Part shown: positions 22,840-34,111 of the stretch, in pieces
How positions within the stretch are numbered: the stretch's first letter is position 1
How the letters are laid out: every line of letters starts with the position of its first letter
Assembly: GCA_020137815.1 (NCBI GenBank)
Contig: CM035350.1
Location: 8,556,001-8,620,000 of the forward strand
Reading direction: 5' to 3'
DNA length: 64,000 bases
Origin: Hormiphora californensis
Lineage: Eukaryota > Animalia > Ctenophora
Position numbers and translations under genes: made by a program
Notes under the pieces: model-generated
The model's database searches: none
What the model was told of the DNA's origin: nothing
What the model saw: the letters and a program-made list of their open reading frames with translations, nothing else

Positions 22840-24856
22840 CTACTTCTTTAGTTGAAGACACATGACCTTGATCCCCTCATCAACCTCCTTCAGGAACCGT
22901 GTTATCTCTTGGTAGGTGGAAGTGGTCAGGAAATGCAACTTGGGCTTCTTAGTATTCTGACAGTCCAGTAACACCCAATGAACTACAGAGCTCTGATGGA
23001 AATGGACGGGGTAGTTTATCCCACCCTTCTTCCCCCTCTTCCTGTCTTCCTCCATCGTCCGAAGGTCATAGCACGGGGTCTTGTTTACTAGACGGAAGAT
23101 TGTCTCCTGAGTCCCCCTGCTACAGTTTATCATGGGACACTTAGCGAAGAAGTGGATCATGTCCGTAGTTCTCATCTCATCCAGATCCCCGTTATAGTTC
23201 TGCTTGTTACGGAGGGACCAGAAGTGTGTGAAGTATCTGGCAGGCATGCTGGGAGAGTCCTCCACAAATGCTGTGGCGTGGAGGTGAGACAGAAAGTGCC
23301 CTGGTAGTTGTAGCACTTTGTTCTGAGCCCCCAGACATTTCTCCACCAGTGTCAGGTACTTGTGCCCCATTTCAAGAGGGTTCAAGCTTTCCGTGATTTG
23401 CCTGAAGAAATCCTGTGACATATAGTTGGGTTTGCCCCAGTTATTTACCCACGATATCGCCACTTCTAGCTTCACGAAGTCAGGATAGGAACAGTCGGGG
23501 CTACAGAACCGCCGAATCTCATTCTCAGATAGATCCCTCCAGTGGGCCAGAGCGGGCCGGTATTTAGTTTTTAGGGGAGGTTCCGGTGTCGGTAGGAGAG
23601 GAGGCGAATGACTTGCCGGGGGGTTGGTGGGAGGGGACTTCCTAGCTGGTTTTCCACTAACCTGCCACCCACCACTGTTCTCAACATTCTTCTGGTTTTT
23701 AGCATGCTCCCTGACAAAGGAATCCCAAGAGTATTGCTGGGTTGGTATAGTTGATAGGGAGGACAGCTGTTGCGTTGGTACAGTAGCCAGGGAGGAGAGA
23801 TGCTGCGTTGGTACAGTAGCACTAGTCAAGGCTGAGGGTATAGTTGCAACAGCAGCCAGAGATGAATGCGGTGTGGAAATAGTTGCCAGAGATGCGAGAG
23901 ATGAAGGCTGTGAGGGTATAGTTGCTAGGGAAGAAAGCTCGCTACCAAGACGGGATTCAGGGAGTGGAGTCTGTGTCGTGTAGTCACCTTGATTATGACC
24001 ACTCTTTTGAAAGTAGTTTGGTTGAATTCGTTGAGGTAGGTGGTTGTTAGGTTGGGCCGCAGCAGCAGCAGCGGGTTGATAACTGTAGTGTGGGGTTGAC
24101 AGGTCAGGTTGTGTGAGGGCACCGTTTCGAACTTGGAACCCAGGAGGAGGGGATGGTGAGGGGTGGATAGGATGGAAAGTACCGTTACTGGGGATCTGAT
24201 TGACTGGTTTCTCTACTGCAGCAGCAAACTTGTTGTTGTCATGGTTACTATTCTCAACATCGTTCTCCATTGAAGCACACAATGCATCCAAGTCGATGAA
24301 ATCTTCATCATCATACAGCTGAAAGTTTATATTGTCCAACAAATCCAACTGTCTCTCTACATCTCTCTCTACTTCCAGAGAATTGGCCTCCCTTGCAAAT
24401 CCCTTCTCACTCATCCAAACGACACAGATGTCAGTAAGGGACTGGATTCCAAACTGGATACCAAATCGGAGGCATGTTGATATGTTGTCAGTTGTGAGGT
24501 GTATCTCTCCACCGTATAGGAGGCTCAGTATCTGAAAACAGGGGAGAATTAGGGTGAATTTAGCAGGGGAACTGGTAGACCAGAACATATATCTAACTAA
24601 CATGGCGTATGGAACGGACAGACCGTACCTCTTTAACTTGATTGAGTTTCCCCAAGAACGACTTCCCCAGAATTATCTCATATGTCCTGGTGAGTGTTCG
24701 ACACAGCTTCTCGCTCCTTGACGCTAGAATTGTACCAGAACAGGATATTGTGGCTCCCCCTTCCACTTGTACAATAACACTCTCGTGGATGACTGGGGAC
24801 GTGGCGTGCTGTACAAATCGTGACAAGTCACCCAGAGGTTCCAACTTTATCAGCAT
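22840..24856 (-). CDS. BTB/POZ-domain protein, 2 exons (24856-24629, 24531-22840), ~639 aa
   Basis: VIVQVEGGATISCSGTILASRSEKL...|ILSLLYGGEIHLTTDNISTCLRFGIQFGIQSLTDICVVW is BTB-like; phase-0 intron; low-complexity middle with SSLATIP repeats. Confidence 0.75.
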
Positions 24857-26121
24857 CTGAAACTGTAACACGAGGGTTAGAAAAACGCGCTGATCAGATC
24901 GCGCGCAAAGGGTGAGGTGTACTTTTTATAGAAGTCAGGGGAGAGGAGACGGCGCGGGGTGAACTCTGTGATCAGAAGTTAGTTTCTTGCTAAAGGTTTG
25001 GCAGCCAACCGTATTTCTCGCATGCAGGGGGTGGCATCCAACCACTCCGTGAAATAAGTTGGTTGACAAATATATAGGTACCTGAATTCCGAGATGCCGG
25101 GGCGTTGTAGTTATTGGAACGTCTTCAAACCGACATAGAGAGCTAGAGAGGATGGAAGGGATTAGTGTGTTAGATTTAGGGAACATAATACGGAAAATTA
25201 AGACACATTCAAAATGATGAAAACTGCCTAAAAACGACGTGTAAAAGAACTGAGGCTTTCTCAAAATATGAATATTAAAAGTGATTATTCTCTAAAAAAT
25301 ATAACATCCCCGATTAATTAAAATATATCTTTGAAGAAATCAGTCAATAAAAATATTTTAAATGCTATAAAAATGTAAATGTCTTGATTTTAGTTTGTTG
25401 CTGGTCCATTGGTTGATGTCGTATAGCCCTTGCTAAACTCTTGCACAGATGATAGAACGGGGAACTGGTGATTAACAGGAGATCTAACAGGTACATGGTT
25501 ATACAACTCGTGATTTCGTAACCCCTGTAACAGGGACGTGGTTATACAGATGTAACAGGTGACATGGCTTGTATTGCGATGGTATAGAGTTTCAGAAAAT
25601 CATGGCAGCATATAGTGTGGATTCAGGATTTGTATTGTTCAAACTAGTCATACTGCGTGTCAAACAGCACAGCTGAAAAGTTATACCAGTTGTTACTTAT
25701 ATTATTAGGCGGGTGTGACTGATTCAATCACCAATCTGATTAAGGCAGAAGGCTTATCCTTATCTAAGTTTGAAATAAAAAGACGGTGTGAGCCACACAA
25801 AGTCGAGTAATATAACGTGGGTGGTGGTATCCCATCTCATCTACCAGATTCAAGAAACACCCAATCAGCTAAATTGGGTGCTAAAACCCTATTCTTATTA
25901 GAATGGACCTAGACCATGAAATTCAATACGTGTCTGTGTAAGTTACCACATCATCCTAATCTATGTCTGTATTCAGTTCAATTTAACGAAGTAAAAACAA
26001 TCGAAAGGGGGGTTTGAGAATGGGGTCTGAAGTTGTCTTGTTGTTCGTACACCCTGTATGAACAATAAACTCGCTGTATGACGGAAAAATAAAAGAGGTG
26101 GGCCATTATAATAATGTTTAT

Positions 26122-26350
26122 TATACCTGTGGAGAGTGGCAAGAGTAGCCACAACAATGGCACACATAGGGCCACTATAAATATACCTGTGGAGAGTGGC
26201 AAGAGTAGCCACAACAATGGCACACATAGGGCCACTATAAATATACCTGTGGAGAGTGGCAAGAGTAGCCACAAGAATGGCACACATAGGGCCACTATAA
26301 ATATACCTGCGGAGAGTGGCAAGAATAGCCACAAGAATGGCACACATAGG
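26122..26350. repeat. 60-bp minisatellite, ~4 copies
   Basis: Unit TATACCTGTGGAGAGTGGCAAGAGTAGCCACAACAATGGCACACATAGGGCCACTATAAA. Confidence 0.95.
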
Positions 26351-27038
26351 GTCGGTGTCCCCGGTGTATGTTCATGTGAATCTTCAGGTTGTATAATTGC
26401 TTGAATGTCTTCTTACACAGGCGACACTCCGGCTGAAATTAAGGGGTACACGGTGTACAAGCTGAAATAAAGGGGTACACATCATAGAAATATAGTGGAG
26501 AAACTCATTCTATTTCCTTGGTGAAGATAAACAAGAATAATTGCGGTATAATGCCATACCGCCTGATTTCCCCGCCAACCATGTGATCTGGCAGGTAGCA
26601 TACAATAATGCCTACGGTCAATAATGCCTACACCCTAAAACACCTAATTAGAAGTGGAGGGTAGGCAAAACTGCTTGTAGGCATTATCGTCAACACCAGG
26701 GGGGTAAACCGCAGTTTTGCCTACGGTACATAATGCCTACGATGTAGGAAAAACTGCGATTTTACTACTGATGTTGACAATAATGCCTACAAGCAGTTTT
26801 GCCTACCCTCCACCACAGGGTGTAGGCATTATTGCATTGCAGTTGACAACTCGCTAAGGATATCTCGATATATCCCATACCACGTATCCAATCCGACATG
26901 AGACATGAGAGTTGGGAGAGTTTAAGCCTTACCGATTAGAGGAGCTCTCATGTCAATCAGTTTACTCAAATAACTAACGAGCCATATCTCCTATATCGTA
27001 TTGGTGCTGCCCTCAGGGAAGCTTATTAGCAGTTATTT

Positions 27039-27628
27039 AGGAGACGATACGAGATATGGAACATGATTCGGGGAAGCCACTCAGGAGTGTTAGACAATAT
27101 GAGACACGATTCGGGAAAGGTTTCTATCCCTTTCCCCACTCGAGGTCGCTCTGTCTCCCTTCCTCTCTCTTTCTCACTCACCTTCTCCGAGGGAGATAGA
27201 GGGACATCGAATAAGAGATATACCCTTTTTACCGAGAGATAAAAGACACTGTTTAGCCATGCAAAATGAGTGGATGATATTTTCTTGACCTCCCTATCCC
27301 CTTCGAATCCGGTTTCTCTACCTAGACCGCCAACCTGCAAGAAACGACCGAGAGCCGCCTACATCTACCTGCTGGGAAAGCGGCGAAACCCATTCCCACG
27401 GAGCTCAACTGTCTTTCTGTCTCGGTAAAAAAGTTATGGGCATCTCTCTTTCTCCATATTTCTCCTTCTCCCTCAGAGAAAGTGAGAGAGAAGGAGACAG
27501 AGCGACACAGAGGGCATGGTCACATAAGGATAGAATGAGATAGAAACCTTCCGCGAATCGTGTCTCATGTCGTCTAACACTCCTGATTGGCTTCCCCGAA
27601 TCATGTTCCATATCTCGTATTGTCTCCT
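27039..27628. mobile_element. Foldback MITE with long imperfect TIRs
   Basis: AGGAGACGATACGAGATATGGAACATGATTCGGGGAAGCCA is mirrored by TGGCTTCCCCGAATCATGTTCCATATCTCGTATTGTCTCCT. Confidence 0.8.
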
Positions 27629-27640
27629 CAGGGTTACGTC

Positions 27641-27797
27641 AGTAGTATTTAAAATAGTGACGATGCCCCACGATTTTGGGAGTCACAACATTATTCCATA
27701 TTTGGGCATATCACGTGATGTTACATGATGTCACATGACATGGCATGATTGTGACGTCACACCACTGCGTCATAATCACGTGATATATCATATGATG
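27641..27797 (+). repeat. Polinton left TIR
   Basis: Reverse complement of 48650-48806 with no mismatch seen; contains CACGTG and TGACGTCA. Confidence 0.97.
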
Positions 27798-28231
27798 TGT
27801 CATATGACATTGAGTGAAAGCACGTGATTCATGTGAAATAATGTGGTGACACCAAAATCGTGGACAGCAGGAAGCTAGTGTAGGATTTTTCACGCATTGA
27901 CTGTATATCGCACATGCTGCTCGAGATATCTCGCTCCGCTCGACCAGTACGCGGCCTTGCGGAGCCGCACCGGGCCTTCGGCCCGCTGCGAAGAGGACGG
28001 TCTTATATGAGACAATGTAGGATGGGGTAGTGTTTGAAGCTTTCAAAAATTGCTGCGCGCGATGATCTGCTAGGACTATCGCGCCAAGGACCCTTCAAAT
28101 AAGCCAAAATCACCGCGCTCAGCGCGACACTTAGCAAGTACATAAAATGTATATACAAGAATTGTACAACACAATAGCTCATCGTTACTTCGCCTAACTA
28201 TATAAGTATCAAAATAAATCATTTTTTAACG

Positions 28232-28852
28232 ATGTTCAGCTACATTCTTTCCTATTTGTTCGCGAGCTCCTTTTTTGTGGAATTTGACAGCAAAAACTGT
28301 TCCACATTCTTAGCTTTGGGAAAACACGTTTTTTTATCTAGAAGACAAGATTACACGGAGCTAATGATCATGAATAACTCAGATTTTCAACAGTATACCC
28401 TACCTACTACAGATGTCTACAGTTTTGAATGGCCGTCCATGAAGTTAAATGGTTTTCCAATGATACCTGGTGTTAGTAAAGGAAGTCCTATTAACACCAC
28501 TACAGATCAAGTGACATTTTTCTGTCCTATTAAATTTCTATCAAATATTCGGGGTCAGGCAAGACCCACCGAATCGATAATATACAACACAACAGAAGAA
28601 AAAATCACCAACTTAAACTGCAGATGGGATGATACTTCAGCTGTTGGTTTATCGGCGCTTACCGCATTTATTTTTATTAGTTTTTACATGGGAAAGTTCA
28701 TGCCAGAACAACTTTCTTCTCTATATCATAGTATTCGTCGTACCCCTGACTCAGGACCTGAGGAAATAGAGAGTTTAGATGATTATAAAACAGAGGAAAT
28801 CCAGGAAACCGCTCAATCAAATTTGACAGTACCATGTTCTAGTCCAGTCTAG
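28232..28852 (+). CDS. Polinton predicted single-pass membrane glycoprotein
   Basis: Hydrophobic N-terminus, several NxS/T sequons, TM AVGLSALTAFIFISFYM, acidic tail; TATA near 28199. Confidence 0.7.
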   Translation: MFSYILSYLFASSFFVEFDSKNCSTFLALGKHVFLSRRQDYTELMIMNNSDFQQYTLPTTDVYSFEWPSMKLNGFPMIPGVSKGSPINTTTDQVTFFCPIKFLSNIRGQARPTESIIYNTTEEKITNLNCRWDDTSAVGLSALTAFIFISFYMGKFMPEQLSSLYHSIRRTPDSGPEEIESLDDYKTEEIQETAQSNLTVPCSSPV

Positions 28853-28891
28853 TCACCCTATATAAGACCAATTAAACCTGATTTTCGTAAA

Positions 28892-29632
28892 ATGGATTCA
28901 CATATAATCATCGCTACCAAAAATGGTGAAAATCCTCTTATTTCGTCAATTGATCCAGTTAATCAACAAAATTTAGAAATTGGAATCAAGTCTATATCAT
29001 ATGGGGAAATTTCGGAGTTTTACTTTGAGTTTTTGATCAATCGAAAACATTACATTATTCCTATTGTAAATTTGAATGAGTACGCAGATTTAGCAAAAAA
29101 ACCATCTAGACTTCAACTGCTTGACCATCTCTTGGAGCAGGTTAAAAAATTTGCTACTGATTTTATACTTCCAATACTTGTGAAACAACGTAAAGGGAAA
29201 GCTAAACAGGGCAAACCAGGAGTACAAATTTTGACTGGAACTGAGGGTGTTCAAATATTACATGTACCCCGTATCTTAAAACCTAAAAAAGTAATAAGCA
29301 AAATCGGTATAAGTGAATGGTACATCACAAATACGGCTATAGATTGGATATCGGAGTTGAAGCAAGTTTCTGTTCAACCTGGTTTCATTTATTGTAATCT
29401 TATTGAAAGTAGTTACCTTAATGGGTATAGATCAAAGTTACTTCAAGTGGTTCCTTTTGATATCGGACCGAATGCATACAAAACGTGGGAGGTTATAAAC
29501 CCAAACTACATTCCAATTCAAGTCAATCAATTTTCGTATCTTGAGTTTACAATCAGGGACCTAAAGGGAGAGTTAATTAAGTTTTCTTCATATCGAGATA
29601 TTGTGTTAACATTACATATTCGTGGAGTATAA
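28892..29632 (+). CDS. Minor capsid protein (penton, PX)
   Basis: C-terminal FIYCNLIE...LLQVVP...NPNYIPI...IRDLKGELIKF...LTLHIR typical of Polinton minor capsid proteins. Confidence 0.85.
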   Translation: MDSHIIIATKNGENPLISSIDPVNQQNLEIGIKSISYGEISEFYFEFLINRKHYIIPIVNLNEYADLAKKPSRLQLLDHLLEQVKKFATDFILPILVKQRKGKAKQGKPGVQILTGTEGVQILHVPRILKPKKVISKIGISEWYITNTAIDWISELKQVSVQPGFIYCNLIESSYLNGYRSKLLQVVPFDIGPNAYKTWEVINPNYIPIQVNQFSYLEFTIRDLKGELIKFSSYRDIVLTLHIRGV

Positions 29633-29695
29633 AAAGGAATATGTTTCGTAGAGTATAAAAGGATTTATTTGTAAAATAATTCATTTTCATTAATT

Positions 29696-30040
29696 ATGGA
29701 AGTTGTTTCACTTAGTAACACGCCTTCTTACCGTCGTATGATTTTACAACACGGGAAAGGATTAGATAAAGAAGGTTACTACGTTTACGATCAAAATGGT
29801 GAAGGGGTGGGTGCAGTGTTTTCGTCAATTTTACGTGGCGCTGTCCCAATAATCGCTCCTTTAGCGGCCGAGGGTGTGAAAAAAATTGTTGACACGGTAG
29901 TCAAGAAATCTATAAAAGGGGTAAGACAGACCCCGTCAGCAAATCATTCTTCGAAAAAACGTCGAATAAACAAGCGAGTTGCAGCTAATCGTAGAATCAA
30001 AAGACGAGTTACGCCATATCCAGTTAAAGCAAGAGTATGA
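29696..30040 (+). CDS. PM-like basic core protein
   Basis: QHGKG and QNGEGVGAVFSSILRGAVP motifs, Arg/Lys-rich tail; TGA overlaps the MCP ATG. Confidence 0.75.
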   Translation: MEVVSLSNTPSYRRMILQHGKGLDKEGYYVYDQNGEGVGAVFSSILRGAVPIIAPLAAEGVKKIVDTVVKKSIKGVRQTPSANHSSKKRRINKRVAANRRIKRRVTPYPVKARV

Positions 30041-31473
30041 GGACTTTTAAGAATCTCCCTGAAGCAATCTCAACAGACCTTCTGCTTTGGCAGAAACCGT
30101 CAACCAATGTATCCATTGATAATACATATGAACTTAAGGTCTATCCAAGGGAAACTTTTTCCGGAAATGCTCCAGCAAGTTTCACAGTTCCTCCCCAACC
30201 ACAGGGGATGCTTCAGGGAATAGATATTGTTACAAAATTCGAAATACATAAAGGCACCGTAAAAGCTCCTATCGCTGAAAATGTTTCCATTATTAACAAC
30301 TTTACTAATTCTCTCTGGGGATTGGTCGAAGTTAAGGTGTCCGATCGAGTAGACATTATGCAGAGCATGAGAAACAGTTATGCATACATGTCTTATTTTG
30401 ATATTGTTTTAAATACAGACCCGAATCGACTGGATAATCTAAGGAAAGATCAGATCTTTGTCATGGACTCCGGCATCTCAAAAGAAGACGCAAATGATGT
30501 GACATTTGCTGGTATTAGCAGAGATTATGGGATTAATTATGATGATCTAGATATTTACATCGATGCAGGTAAAGAAGCTGCTGCTGGCCAAACAGAACAA
30601 AAGGCGAAGATCGCAAGATATAGTGAAAACGTATCTGGCATCAAAAGAAGAAGGGCAACTTTTGAGGAAACTACAGTGGTCAGCAAACTCCATTGCCCTC
30701 TTTTCAACACCCACAAGGTTTTACCGCCAAATATGAGTATTAATATCAGCCTAACAAAGAATCTTGACAGATTTTTAATTCTGGCAAATATAGATACGGA
30801 TGATTATTCAGTAAAAATTACCGACGTTCACCTAATTGCTCGATACCTCCGTCCATCTGATGTATTTTTGAATCTTGTCGAGGAGCGGTTAGCAAAAGAA
30901 GCAGCACCTTATTATATTTCTAAACCAGAGATTATTGTCAAGCCTGTTGGCACACAGGGTCAGCATATTCGCCTAAATAACCTGTTTCCTGATAATAAAA
31001 TACCACATCATGCATTCTTTTGCCTGCAGTTTACAGAAGATTTTGAGGGACGCTTTAAAGGGAACCCATTTGCGTTTTTACCCATGGAACGTTTCCAAAT
31101 TCATCTTGATGGGAAACCATATTTTGCTGACCCTCTTACTACTGAAACTTATTTATCTAATGGTAAAAAAATATTCGATAAAAGTGGATCATTTTTACGG
31201 CAGCTTTATGCGAGTATTGGTAAAAGTGAACGGGGAACCTGTCTAATCAACTCTCTAAATTTTCAACAAAACTTCATGGTCGGTGTTTCTTTCCAGCCCG
31301 GAAGAAATGGGGAATCCATGCGTGGTTATCTATCACCTCAAATGGCTAGTTCGACTAGTTTGGAAATTGACACGAAAAAAACCTATAAAAGTGATATAGT
31401 TCTAATCATATATGCGGTTTACGATCGTTTGGTCAAAATCCATGGTGATAGATCTATTGATATTGTGGAATGA
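30037..31473 (+). CDS. Major capsid protein (double jelly-roll, PY)
   Basis: DLLLWQKPSTNVSI...YP...F, INNFTNSLWGLVEV, GNPFAF motifs; 478 aa; located between PM and the protease. Confidence 0.9.
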   Translation: MRTFKNLPEAISTDLLLWQKPSTNVSIDNTYELKVYPRETFSGNAPASFTVPPQPQGMLQGIDIVTKFEIHKGTVKAPIAENVSIINNFTNSLWGLVEVKVSDRVDIMQSMRNSYAYMSYFDIVLNTDPNRLDNLRKDQIFVMDSGISKEDANDVTFAGISRDYGINYDDLDIYIDAGKEAAAGQTEQKAKIARYSENVSGIKRRRATFEETTVVSKLHCPLFNTHKVLPPNMSINISLTKNLDRFLILANIDTDDYSVKITDVHLIARYLRPSDVFLNLVEERLAKEAAPYYISKPEIIVKPVGTQGQHIRLNNLFPDNKIPHHAFFCLQFTEDFEGRFKGNPFAFLPMERFQIHLDGKPYFADPLTTETYLSNGKKIFDKSGSFLRQLYASIGKSERGTCLINSLNFQQNFMVGVSFQPGRNGESMRGYLSPQMASSTSLEIDTKKTYKSDIVLIIYAVYDRLVKIHGDRSIDIVE

Positions 31474-31907
31474 ACAGTCGTGCTCTTAATCAGTTTTTAA
31501 AAAACAATGACTATACCAAAAGGTATTTTCTAGGGACTTATCCAGCCTGTAAGGCACCTGCATCTAGAAAGAAAGTATTTTGTTTCATAACAAATACAGA
31601 CGAACATGATAAACCAGGAAAACATTGGGTTGCATGGTTTGTTAGGGGTAAAGAAGTTACGTTTTTTGACTCATTTGGTCGTTCCCCGTTTAACAATGCG
31701 TTCCCGCATGATTTTGTGGACTTTTCAGAGAAATTTGAAAAGTGTAAATTTGTTTCTAACCCAGTACAAGAACCTGGTTCCCCATGGTGTGGGTTACATT
31801 GTATTCATTTTATTTTCATGATATGTGTAGGTCTAGATGTGAGAGATTTTTTGAAAAATTATAAAACCAGTAATATTATAAGTATTTTTAATCAAATTTC
31901 AAACTAA
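31470..31907 (+). CDS. Adenain-like cysteine maturation protease
   Basis: NTD...GKHWVA, FFDSFG, Q...CGLHC (His-Asp-Cys plus oxyanion Gln). Confidence 0.95.
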   Translation: MNSRALNQFLKNNDYTKRYFLGTYPACKAPASRKKVFCFITNTDEHDKPGKHWVAWFVRGKEVTFFDSFGRSPFNNAFPHDFVDFSEKFEKCKFVSNPVQEPGSPWCGLHCIHFIFMICVGLDVRDFLKNYKTSNIISIFNQISN

Positions 31908-31916
31908 ACAATCGTT

Positions 31917-32186
31917 TTACAATTCTAACCCAATTGACTTCAAAATTGAATAAACACGCTCATACTTGGTTAAAAACTTTCTCTTCTTCGTGTCCTTAAT
32001 AAATTGTCTGAAAGGTATGCCTAGATCCTCACCATTGTGGTGAATATTTCCATTCTCAATAAGAAACAATCGAGTACAAGCATTGATCAACGGATCCGTA
32101 CCGGTAGAAGGAGTGTACAGGTTTGCCGGGATATTAATTTCCTTACTTTTCCCATTATGCATGGGAACCAGAATATAACGACTCAT
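31917..32186 (-). CDS. Small Polinton protein, unknown function
   Basis: ATG ORF in the tightly overlapping - strand gene run. Confidence 0.55.
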   Translation of the reverse strand: MSRYILVPMHNGKSKEINIPANLYTPSTGTDPLINACTRLFLIENGNIHHNGEDLGIPFRQFIKDTKKRKFLTKYERVYSILKSIGLEL

Positions 32187-32454
32187 TTTGCAGAACTTTC
32201 CGGATGATTTCCGCCACTAGTTTATTATTTTTAATGATAACGTCTTTTATACCGCTCGAGTCTAACAACTTTTTGGAAATAGATTTTCTAATACCAAGTT
32301 TCAACGCTTTTCTACCAATTTCACGCATCAACGTGAAAAATACAGATGGAGCACCCTGAACTATGGCTTTTCGTTTTGACGGAGTAGTTCCAGCATACTG
32401 TTTTAGGATAAACCGATGTTTCTTTAGAGATATACGCTTACCCATGGATCCCAA
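32155..32454 (-). CDS. Small basic Polinton protein (PW-like)
   Basis: KRKAIVQGA...LMREI; directly downstream of the ATPase. Confidence 0.55.
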   Translation of the reverse strand: MGSMGKRISLKKHRFILKQYAGTTPSKRKAIVQGAPSVFFTLMREIGRKALKLGIRKSISKKLLDSSGIKDVIIKNNKLVAEIIRKVLQNESLYSGSHA

Positions 32455-33023
32455 AAATCTGTAATCACAGTCAATTCTTTTGGTAGTAGGGGCGAAAAAC
32501 TTAACAAAACAAATCCTCGTGGTTTATCTGACGCCCTTTTATACGCTTCCAAAATCCTATTGACATCTTTCCCAACAAAAACCTGTCTAGCCAGAGTGTT
32601 GATTTGACGAAAATTTCTCTGATTTTGAAAGAGAACATAATAGTGGGCGTTGGCTGACATAGTTCGAAACGTTTCACAATTCGGGAATAGATTTTGGGTG
32701 ATGAAAAACAAGCTGATCTTTCTATGGTGGGACCCCATGATAAACGCAGAAGCAACTTCTTTGTTTAGACTAAGCAACAGATCATCTATGACAAGCATAC
32801 TCGGTTTGCTAGTGTCGACCTTGGCAAAATCCAGACCCTCTATAAAACAAATTTCAGGGTGCTCGCTCATAAAGGGCTGCTCGACTGAATACATGTAAAA
32901 TATTCGGTCAGGGAATGGCTCAATTAGTCTTTCCCTAATCACACGTAAAATGAATTGAGTCTTTCCTGCTCCGGTTTGTCCATAAACTATGGTATTGTGG
33001 TTTGCTAAAAACTTGATAGGCAT
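32424..33023 (-). CDS. A32/FtsK-like genome-packaging ATPase
   Basis: Walker A GQTGAGKT, Walker B LVIDDL, SHHRKIS..ITQNLF. Confidence 0.96.
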   Translation of the reverse strand: MPIKFLANHNTIVYGQTGAGKTQFILRVIRERLIEPFPDRIFYMYSVEQPFMSEHPEICFIEGLDFAKVDTSKPSMLVIDDLLLSLNKEVASAFIMGSHHRKISLFFITQNLFPNCETFRTMSANAHYYVLFQNQRNFRQINTLARQVFVGKDVNRILEAYKRASDKPRGFVLLSFSPLLPKELTVITDFWDPWVSVYL

Positions 33024-34052
33024 CTAAAAAACTTCTTGATGATCTACCCAACTGTTGGCTGCGTCAGTGTATCCTTGCCACTTCACTAAATACTGTAGCT
33101 TTCCTCTCACTTTTCTCTTCCCGACAATTTTTTCAACTGGATAGATGCTGCTTGATGTATTCACTTTCTGGACCTCTACTTCATAGAAACTGCCCTTTAA
33201 TACATCGCCGTTATAATCTTTTATACTATACGTGACTGGGTCTGTGTTTTTAACCTTGTTGATACTAAATATTTCGTACTGCCATGTCTGCTCAGAACCC
33301 TTTTCAAATGGATTTTTCAGGCGAGTTATCCTGACACTATCGCCTACTGCAAGCTTAGGTGGTCGTTTTTTAGGACGTGGGGGGTATAGTATTTTGCGAA
33401 CTTTCTTCTCATTTTCCTGGGTCACGTCCACAGGTCTCATTTTAATGGATCTATGATAACTATTATTGTACCCATTCACCAAATCATCTAGTATATCGAC
33501 CCAACGAGGTTTACCCAAAGCAGTGAAGGCTCTTAACATACGCATACGTAAAGATCGGTTGACTCTCTCGACAATCGCACATTTGCGGTCCGATGAAACT
33601 GAATAATGATCCACATCGTTAGCGGCTAAAAAACGCTGGAACTTTTTGTTTAAAAATTCGCCTCCCTCATCCGTCTCAAACTTCTGGGGCTTATGTGTTT
33701 CAATCAGTGATTTCAGCGCGTTATAGACACTATTACCAGTCTTGTTTTTAATTTTAAAGGCCCACAGACGCTTAGAAAATGTATCAATCACAGTAATAAT
33801 CCACTTGAATCCGTCATTTACTGCAGAGTCAGAGCTCATATCAACCAAGTCTGCCTGAAAATGATAACCAATTCCCCGTGAATAGATTCTCCTAAAACGA
33901 CGTGGTTTTTGTGTTGGCTTATGCAATGTGTATGCGTTATTTCCTTCTAGAAATTTAGTCACATCAGAAAGTTTTCCTTTTCCAAGAGCCCGATGGAAGG
34001 CAGCTTTGCCAGTGAAGGCTCCGGGAAATTTGGGGTCTGTATAAGAATCCAT
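33024..34052 (-). CDS. RVE (DDE) integrase with C-terminal chromodomain
   Basis: YTLHKP, QADLVDM, IDTFSK, TDEGGEF, ERVNR; chromodomain YPVEKIV...YLVKWQGY..AANSWV. Confidence 0.97.
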   Translation of the reverse strand: MDSYTDPKFPGAFTGKAAFHRALGKGKLSDVTKFLEGNNAYTLHKPTQKPRRFRRIYSRGIGYHFQADLVDMSSDSAVNDGFKWIITVIDTFSKRLWAFKIKNKTGNSVYNALKSLIETHKPQKFETDEGGEFLNKKFQRFLAANDVDHYSVSSDRKCAIVERVNRSLRMRMLRAFTALGKPRWVDILDDLVNGYNNSYHRSIKMRPVDVTQENEKKVRKILYPPRPKKRPPKLAVGDSVRITRLKNPFEKGSEQTWQYEIFSINKVKNTDPVTYSIKDYNGDVLKGSFYEVEVQKVNTSSSIYPVEKIVGKRKVRGKLQYLVKWQGYTDAANSWVDHQEVF

Positions 34053-34111
34053 ATTAATAGCAGCTCTCTGCGAGGGTATAAATAGGTTTTTGTCTCCGAA
34101 TTTACCGAAAA

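Noticed and set aside
25973-26404. Repeat-protein ORFs on both strands
   Set aside because: They arise from a stop-free 60-bp minisatellite; no gene-structure support.
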